64,000 nucleotides of DNA, taken from the IMG/VR virus record IMGVR_UViG_3300026183_000827; one strand, given 5' to 3'. Both the position numbers and the translations under genes were made by a program. The DNA comes from a virus. This document shows, piece after piece, positions 58,017 through 64,000 of the stretch (positions within the stretch are counted from its first letter, which is position 1; each line of letters starts with the position of its first letter). The notes under the pieces were generated by a model, which saw only the letters and a program-made list of their open reading frames with translations, did no database searches and was not told the origin of the DNA.

Positions 58017-58478
58017 ATGCAAGAACGATATTATGAATATATGAAACGTAGAATGAAAGAAGAAGATAAAAAAATGTCAATGCAAAATGCAGAACGTAGT
58101 ATTTGGGTAACCTTTTCAAAAGAAGGGGTACATATGTACCCAGGTGCTGACACAGATCCTAAACTAGCAACTGGCGATTGGGATGATGTATCATTCCTTG
58201 GTATTCCACATCGTCATATTTTCCACTTTCGTGTTCGTATTGAAGTATTTCATAACGATCGCGACATTGAATTCATTCAGTTTAAACGCTGGATGGAACG
58301 GTTGTATGCAGAAGTAGATAGTTCTACAGCAGTACTACAACTTAACCACAAGTCATGTGAGATGATTGCAGATGACTTGTATCAAGAAATTTCTAACAAA
58401 TATCCAGGCCGGTTTGTAGAAATTAGTGTTGCTGAAGACAACGAAAACGGCTGTTCAATTTTTTACCCAAGGTCATAA
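58017..58478 (+). CDS. QueD/PTPS-like T-fold protein
   Basis: H...PHRHIFHFRV, RDIEF, SCE and V-x-E-D motifs. Confidence 0.7.
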   Translation: MQERYYEYMKRRMKEEDKKMSMQNAERSIWVTFSKEGVHMYPGADTDPKLATGDWDDVSFLGIPHRHIFHFRVRIEVFHNDRDIEFIQFKRWMERLYAEVDSSTAVLQLNHKSCEMIADDLYQEISNKYPGRFVEISVAEDNENGCSIFYPRS

Positions 58479-58500
58479 CCATCATAAGAGGATTATTAAA

Positions 58501-58707
58501 ATGGCTAATAACTTTCCACCGGTACAAAAGATTTTTGACGACTTGGACAAGTTTCGCGACTATTGTCGCTTTGAAGGCAAGCCCTTCAATGAAGCAGATT
58601 TATACAACGATAAATCATGGGTTTGGGGTGCATACAAAAAGCACCAAGGTTGGTTGAGAGCTAAAGCTCGAAATAATAATAGGAATCAAGTACAAAGGAG
58701 AAGCTAA
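58501..58707 (+). CDS. Hypothetical protein
   Basis: GAGGA RBS before ATG 58501. Confidence 0.7.
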   Translation: MANNFPPVQKIFDDLDKFRDYCRFEGKPFNEADLYNDKSWVWGAYKKHQGWLRAKARNNNRNQVQRRS

Positions 58708-59792
58708 TGACAATTTATATCGTAGACATTGAAGCAGTAGACACACGTTACACAAAGCAGTGGAAGGACTTTCTTCCTACGCAACTGCAACATGCTACGA
58801 ATAATGAAGTTGTTGTAATTAGTGGAGGGGAAACGCCTCAGGCAACTACGCCTGGGGCTTTTCTTAACTTTGGTGGAACCAATGTGTACAAGAGCAAACA
58901 GCTCGAACAAATTGGTGAAATGTTTTGCAAAGGAGAAATTAAAGATGGAGATTATTTCCTATATACGGATGCGTGGAACCCAACTGTTATCCAGTTGCGC
59001 TACATGGCTGAACTCCTTGGGGTCGACATTAGAATTGGTGGTCTTTGGCATGCTGGTTCTTATGATCCACATGATTTCCTAGGTAGGCTCATAGGCGATA
59101 AGCCTTGGGTCAGACATGCTGAAAAAAGCATGTACTACACATACGATAACAACTTCTTTGCAACAGATTTTCATATCGATATGTTTGTTGATACTATTTT
59201 AGATAAAAATAATAATGATCACTGGACAACTGAAGAAGTAATAGATTTTTACGAAACAACTCAACGTGTAGGTTGGCCTATGGAGTATCTAAAAGAAAGC
59301 CTTGTTACTTACAGCGGTATGGACAAACGCAATCTTATACTCTTTCCGCATCGCATTGCTCCAGAAAAACAAGTTGATATCTTCCGTGATCTATCAGAGC
59401 AACTTCCTGAATATGAATTTGTAGTGTGCCAAGAACGTGAACTTACTAAGAACGAATATCACAACTTGCTAGGCGAAGCTAAAATGGTGTTCTCAGCTAA
59501 CTTGCAGGAAACACTTGGTATTAGTTGGTATGAAGGCGCACTTGTAAATGCTATTCCAATGGTTCCTGATAGACTGAGTTATACAGAAATGGCACTGCCT
59601 GAGTTTAAGTATCCTAGTGTGTGGACTGAAGACTTTGCTAGTTATCGCAAACATAGAGGAGAAGTTGTTGCTAAGATTCGTGACTATATGGAAAACTATG
59701 ACGATTACCTTGTAAGTTTAGACAAGCAACGAACTAAACTAAACAAAGATTTCTTTAGCGGAGCAGCATTGTATGACGCAATCAAAGGATGA
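58707..59792 (+). CDS. GT-B glycosyltransferase
   Basis: FPHRIAPEKQ, ETLGISWYEG (E-x7-E) and PDRLSYTE motifs. Confidence 0.85.
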   Translation: MTIYIVDIEAVDTRYTKQWKDFLPTQLQHATNNEVVVISGGETPQATTPGAFLNFGGTNVYKSKQLEQIGEMFCKGEIKDGDYFLYTDAWNPTVIQLRYMAELLGVDIRIGGLWHAGSYDPHDFLGRLIGDKPWVRHAEKSMYYTYDNNFFATDFHIDMFVDTILDKNNNDHWTTEEVIDFYETTQRVGWPMEYLKESLVTYSGMDKRNLILFPHRIAPEKQVDIFRDLSEQLPEYEFVVCQERELTKNEYHNLLGEAKMVFSANLQETLGISWYEGALVNAIPMVPDRLSYTEMALPEFKYPSVWTEDFASYRKHRGEVVAKIRDYMENYDDYLVSLDKQRTKLNKDFFSGAALYDAIKG

Positions 59793-60186
59793 TACATTTA
59801 CTATAGATATTAGTGATTTAAAGTTAGATGATATCTTAGATACTTCTGATAATATTACACTCGATCTAGGTGATATTAACATGGGTACTACTACAACGTA
59901 TTGGGCAGGCGATAGTGTAACTGATATAACTATGTCTACTGGCGATGGTACATTTACACTAACAAGCAATGATACCATTACAATAGACGGGCATAATACT
60001 GAGTTTAACACAGATTGGATTTATAATTATAACCAAATTGACCCAGATAAAGTTGAACGTATGTGTAAACAGTATCCAGCACTAGAAAAAGTTTGGCGCA
60101 ACTTTAAAAGCGTATACGATATGGTTAAACAAGATTACGAAGGTAAGAAAAAAGCAGGAGAAATAGACGATGACCTTCCGTTCTAA
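59773..60186 (+). CDS. Hypothetical protein (Thr/Asp-rich N-terminus)
   Basis: GGAG RBS; C-terminal YPALEKVW motif. Confidence 0.65.
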   Translation: MTQSKDDTFTIDISDLKLDDILDTSDNITLDLGDINMGTTTTYWAGDSVTDITMSTGDGTFTLTSNDTITIDGHNTEFNTDWIYNYNQIDPDKVERMCKQYPALEKVWRNFKSVYDMVKQDYEGKKKAGEIDDDLPF

Positions 60187-60607
60187 ATTTTTAAACTGGC
60201 TAGAGAAATTAGGTCGTAAAAGAGTTATAATGGATAGACACAATAACGAGCCATACCTAACTAGGTATTACTTGTTTTTAAAAGAAAGGAAATGGTTTCC
60301 TTTTAACATTTTTTTACACAATTTCCACAAAGGAGACTTAGATGATTTACATGATCACCCTTGGCCTTTTATCACTTTTATCATTAAAGGTGGTTATTGG
60401 GAACATACACCAAATGGCCGTTTTTGGCGCGGCGCAGGCACGTTACGGATTGCCAGCTGTCATAGCCTTCACCGTGTTGAGCTTGAACCTGGCGTTGATG
60501 TATGGACTTTATTCATCCCAGGTCCTAAGCTAAGAGATTGGGGATTCTTACGTAAAGGCGAATGGATTCAACACGAGCAATATATGAGAGAAAAATATGA
60601 ACGTTAA
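60170..60607 (+). CDS. Cupin-fold protein
   Basis: LHDHPW...GGYWE...HRV metal motif. Confidence 0.75.
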   Translation: MTFRSKFLNWLEKLGRKRVIMDRHNNEPYLTRYYLFLKERKWFPFNIFLHNFHKGDLDDLHDHPWPFITFIIKGGYWEHTPNGRFWRGAGTLRIASCHSLHRVELEPGVDVWTLFIPGPKLRDWGFLRKGEWIQHEQYMREKYER

Positions 60608-61163
60608 AAAGCACTATTATTCGTGGCAGGATGTAGAACGTGCTTGCCTAAACATTGCATTACAAATGTATAACGACAACTGGAAGCCTGACTATATTGT
60701 AGGTATTACTCGAGGCGGCAACGTACCTGCTACTATTTTATCTAATATGTTAGGTGTACGTTGCGAAGCACTAAAGGTTAGTTTGCGTGATAACTACGAC
60801 GGTGAAAGCAGTGAATCTAACTGCTGGATGGCAGAAGATGCGTTTGGCTATATTCCTATAGAAGAACAAGAAACTTGTCGCTGGGATAATAAACTACGCA
60901 AGAACATTCTTATTGTAGACGATATCAACGATACTGGTGCTACATTCAACTGGATTAAACAGGACTGGATGAGCGGATGTTTGCCCAATGAAGAAGATGC
61001 GTGGAACAGTGTTTGGGGTGGACAAAATCCTAATGTTCGATTTGCTGTTATTACAGAAAATCTTTCTAGCAACTTTGATGGTGTACGTTATTACGTACAC
61101 GAAGTTAATAAAGCAGAAGAAGATGTTTGGCTTGTATATCCTTGGGAGAATGTAGGGAAATGA
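60597..61163 (+). CDS. Type I phosphoribosyltransferase (purine PRT-like)
   Basis: VGITRGG, ILIVDDINDTGAT and WLVYPWE motifs. Confidence 0.9.
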   Translation: MNVKKHYYSWQDVERACLNIALQMYNDNWKPDYIVGITRGGNVPATILSNMLGVRCEALKVSLRDNYDGESSESNCWMAEDAFGYIPIEEQETCRWDNKLRKNILIVDDINDTGATFNWIKQDWMSGCLPNEEDAWNSVWGGQNPNVRFAVITENLSSNFDGVRYYVHEVNKAEEDVWLVYPWENVGK

Positions 61164-61363
61164 ACGAAAAAGAACGACAAGATAAATTAAATTATCTCAA
61201 AGGTTTAGAGAGTAGTATACAAGCAAGACTTGAAGAGCTAAAAGAAGCACAAGAAAACAATGCAAAAGGTAATCATATAAACAGTATTCAATCTGGAATT
61301 TTTGCAAGACGTAGACAGATTGCGAAACTAAAAAGAGAATTAGGCATTGAAAGAAAGAACTAA
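61160..61363 (+). CDS. Hypothetical coiled-coil protein
   Basis: ATGA-coupled. Confidence 0.6.
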   Translation: MNEKERQDKLNYLKGLESSIQARLEELKEAQENNAKGNHINSIQSGIFARRRQIAKLKRELGIERKN

Positions 61364-61374
61364 GGAGTCGTAAA

Positions 61375-62100
61375 ATGGCAACAACAGAAGAAAAGGTAGA
61401 ACTAGTAGAAACAATCAAAGGTCCACGATACTACCGCATTCACATTTCAGGATACGGTGGCGAAGCGGCTTATATGAGCATTACAAAAGAAGCACACGAC
61501 TTTTGGCAACCTATTTGCGAAGAACACGGTGACAGTGACTTTGTTAACTATCTTGTATCAGACGAGGATGAAGAAGAATACGAAAACATCGATAGTGTCC
61601 CGCCTGAAGCAGACTTTCTAACTAGTTATGGCGCCGACGATTACAAGTCATCTTGGTACGAAGCACCATCTGAATATGAGCATCAATGGGGTGTTGAAAT
61701 TGGTAGTGCATATATGGACATTGACGAAGTAGACAGCGATGACTATAGTGCAAACGTTGTTCGTGAAGTAATGAATCGTGAAGGTGTACAAGACTTGTGT
61801 GAACGAATTGGTGAAGAAACAGATTGGAATGTAGAAATGTGGGATTCACAAGAGTGTTATGCTGGTGAAGATGTAGAGTATATTGCACAGATGTATTCAA
61901 GTGAAAAAGGGTCGTTCTTTGATGGCGTAATTGAAACCGTAGGAGAGTTTGATCCTAAGAAACTTGAGTTTCATTGTAGCGAATATGACAACGGCGAAGA
62001 ATGTATTACATCAATTGTATATGACGGTGTTGAAATTGATAATAATGGTGGCGATACTAACGGAAAAGGCTACTACGCAAGTGTATGGAAAAATAATTAA
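61375..62100 (+). CDS. Highly acidic hypothetical protein
   Basis: AAGGAG RBS; D/E-rich. Confidence 0.75.
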   Translation: MATTEEKVELVETIKGPRYYRIHISGYGGEAAYMSITKEAHDFWQPICEEHGDSDFVNYLVSDEDEEEYENIDSVPPEADFLTSYGADDYKSSWYEAPSEYEHQWGVEIGSAYMDIDEVDSDDYSANVVREVMNREGVQDLCERIGEETDWNVEMWDSQECYAGEDVEYIAQMYSSEKGSFFDGVIETVGEFDPKKLEFHCSEYDNGEECITSIVYDGVEIDNNGGDTNGKGYYASVWKNN

Positions 62101-62525
62101 TGATTGATACTTTAGAAAAAGCTCAACAAGAAGGTCGTGCACCTTGGACTGATGTAGAATATAACACAAAGGATTTTGTTGTATACAAAGACAAGTTTCC
62201 AGTTACAGAAGGTCATACATTAGTTGTTCCAAAACAAAACACTGTAGATGACATCATGCGTTGTTTTAAATTTGCTGTAGAAATGGGCAATCAAAATGTT
62301 CAAAGTTTAGCAAATAATATTACAGGTTATAATGTAGGAATTAATGCAGGAGAAAGTGCGGGACAAACTTGCATGTATCCCCATGTACATTTAATATTCC
62401 GTAGACACGGAGATTGCGAAAATCCAAAAGGAGGTATACGTCATTGTGTTCCCGGTAAAGGAGATTATACTAGACTTTCTTCTGGATTTACAGAATATGA
62501 TATAAGCACTCTTGAAAGGACGTAA
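62100..62525 (+). CDS. HIT family nucleotide hydrolase
   Basis: FPVTEGHTLVVP and AGQTCMYPHVHLI motifs. Confidence 0.9.
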   Translation: MIDTLEKAQQEGRAPWTDVEYNTKDFVVYKDKFPVTEGHTLVVPKQNTVDDIMRCFKFAVEMGNQNVQSLANNITGYNVGINAGESAGQTCMYPHVHLIFRRHGDCENPKGGIRHCVPGKGDYTRLSSGFTEYDISTLERT

Positions 62526-63209
62526 ATGAATACTGTACCAATTCCAGATAAAGTTATAGAATTTAATCCTTTAAAAATGGATAACGAAGTTCTAGTAGAT
62601 GATTATCTATGGCTATTTAAATTTGACGATATTGATAATAACAAATTGTTACAGACCTGTTTTGATGTAGGAAATTATATAGATGATAATTTTCCTCCTG
62701 TTCCTGATACAGGAGTTTATGGATGTCCAACATCCTATTACCACGGACATTATAATCTTTTTAGTTTTCCCAGTACTGAATTATATAAGCTATACAATAA
62801 TATGGCTAAAAAATTATATTCAGTGATGAGAGAAGATGATTATTACATACGGTGTTGGGTTAATTTATTTGAACCTGGTCAAAATATAGATTGGCACAAA
62901 CATTGGGGTAAAGATAGTAGAGCTTATCACGGATTTTATTGTGTTAATGTAGAAGGCGAAAATCATTCTTATACAGACTATCTTATAAAAGGGTACTGGG
63001 ATAATCGATTTAGAGTATTAAGTAAGAATGGATATTGTGTATTTGGAAAATCTGAAGATGATTTGCATAGAGCTTCGCCCTGGGAAAATGATGGTTATAG
63101 AGTTACTATAGCATTTGACGTAGGGCCAATATCAGTTTTACAAACGCAAAATGGGTATATGACTGACAAGCCTCATGATTTAATACCTTTAATTAAAAAA
63201 AATGTTTGA
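62526..63209 (+). CDS. 2OG-Fe(II) oxygenase-like protein
   Basis: WVN...WHKH...LHRA...RVTIAFD. Confidence 0.65.
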   Translation: MNTVPIPDKVIEFNPLKMDNEVLVDDYLWLFKFDDIDNNKLLQTCFDVGNYIDDNFPPVPDTGVYGCPTSYYHGHYNLFSFPSTELYKLYNNMAKKLYSVMREDDYYIRCWVNLFEPGQNIDWHKHWGKDSRAYHGFYCVNVEGENHSYTDYLIKGYWDNRFRVLSKNGYCVFGKSEDDLHRASPWENDGYRVTIAFDVGPISVLQTQNGYMTDKPHDLIPLIKKNV

Positions 63210-63234
63210 CAAAAACCTAAATAAAGTATATAAT
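63206..63234 (+). promoter_or_regulatory. Sigma70 consensus promoter
   Basis: TTGACA-17 nt-TATAAT. Confidence 0.85.
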
Positions 63235-63277
63235 ATAAACAATAAGACATCCTCGTCTTTAACTCGGAGAATATAAA

Positions 63278-63961
63278 TTGAGCAAAGCAGAACAAATTAA
63301 AGCAAAACTAGAAGATGCTGGTATCCGTTACTGGGCAGGCGATAATATTTCAGAAGTCCTACAAAACGGTGACAAAGAAGCACTTATTGATGATGCTACA
63401 CTAGCATTTGAAGGTGTACTTGATGCACTACTAATTGATCGTCATAACGATCCTAACTCTAAAGGCACAGCAAAACGTCTTGCTAAAATGTACTTTAATG
63501 AGATTATGGCAGGACGTTACGATCCTGCACCAGATGCAACAGCATTTCCAAACGACTCAGATGAACGTTACGAAGGTATGCTTGTAGTGCGTTCTGAACT
63601 TAAAAGTATGTGTTCACATCATCACCAGCCAGTAGCAGGTGTTGCATATATTGGTATTATTGCCGCAGACAAATTAATTGGCTTATCTAAATACACACGT
63701 ATTGCACAGTGGTGTGCTAGACGTGGTACACTGCAAGAAGAACTTGCAAACGACATCGCACGTGAAATCCAAAAAGCAACTGGTGCAGAACACTTAGGTG
63801 TTTACATTCAAGCAACACACGGTTGCTGTGAGAATCGCGGTATTATGGCACATAGTTCATTGACACAAACAACTGTACTTAAAGGTGCGTTTAAAGATGA
63901 TCCCGGTACAAAGAAAGAGTTCTTTGACAACATTAAACTACAACAGGAGTTCAGCTGCTAA
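63278..63961 (+). CDS. folE: GTP cyclohydrolase I
   Basis: SMCSHH, GLSK, LQEEL and HGCCENRG motifs; TTG start with GGAG RBS. Confidence 0.95.
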   Translation: MSKAEQIKAKLEDAGIRYWAGDNISEVLQNGDKEALIDDATLAFEGVLDALLIDRHNDPNSKGTAKRLAKMYFNEIMAGRYDPAPDATAFPNDSDERYEGMLVVRSELKSMCSHHHQPVAGVAYIGIIAADKLIGLSKYTRIAQWCARRGTLQEELANDIAREIQKATGAEHLGVYIQATHGCCENRGIMAHSSLTQTTVLKGAFKDDPGTKKEFFDNIKLQQEFSC

Positions 63962-64000
63962 TGGGTGATTATATTGCAGTGCGCATAGCACAAGTGTTTA

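Noticed and set aside
1155-61900. Numerous 60-160 aa minus-strand and alternative-frame ORFs in the ORF track
   Set aside because: They lie inside well-supported + strand genes, lack RBS or motifs, and read as antisense shadows. Only 2114..2401 and phoH are accepted on the minus strand.
1-64000. Bacterial chromosome or eukaryotic giant-virus origin (ClpA, DnaJ, ferredoxin, RFC-like, PMM, SOD1-like)
   Set aside because: T4-like PolB, baseplate and fibre genes, endolysin with spanins, SD sites, sigma70 and late promoters, and tight gene coupling all indicate a tailed bacteriophage.
1-64000. tRNA or rRNA genes
   Set aside because: Intergenic gaps are very short and no cloverleaf or T-loop pattern was recognised by eye; tRNAscan was not run.
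63961-64000. ORF starting at the window end (MGDYIAVRIAQVF...)
   Set aside because: Only 13 codons are visible, too few to call.

Overview
This is a gene-dense, AT-rich 64 kb segment of a large tailed-phage genome with T4-like organisation (probably an aquatic myovirus). Almost all genes are on the + strand. From left to right it holds: (i) two PHM/DBH-type copper monooxygenase genes with cytochrome c, plus an IscA/HesB gene; (ii) large tail/baseplate structural genes; (iii) a mini-DnaE fragment, GroES, MazG, exonuclease, clamp loader, ferredoxin, DHFR, ThyA, dCMP deaminase and PhoH; (iv) a lysis cassette (GH19 endolysin, overlapping spanins, holin candidate); (v) DnaJ and ClpA; (vi) an island of probable protease-processed head proteins, including a Cu/Zn-SOD-ParB polyprotein followed by a 35-aa metallothionein-like ORF missing from the ORF track; (vii) family B DNA polymerase, sugar-nucleotide enzymes and a sliding clamp; (viii) a 7-deazaguanine DNA-modification locus (DpdA/TGT, QueD-like, FolE) interleaved with a glycosyltransferase, cupin, PRTase, HIT and 2OG oxygenase. 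Regulatory signals read directly from the sequence include consensus sigma70 promoters, a T4-like late motif (C)GATAAATA, several apparently leaderless genes, two promoter-in-hairpin elements that would mask translation starts, and structured leaders before polB, phoH and folE. All functional calls come from motif recognition by eye; no database search was run.
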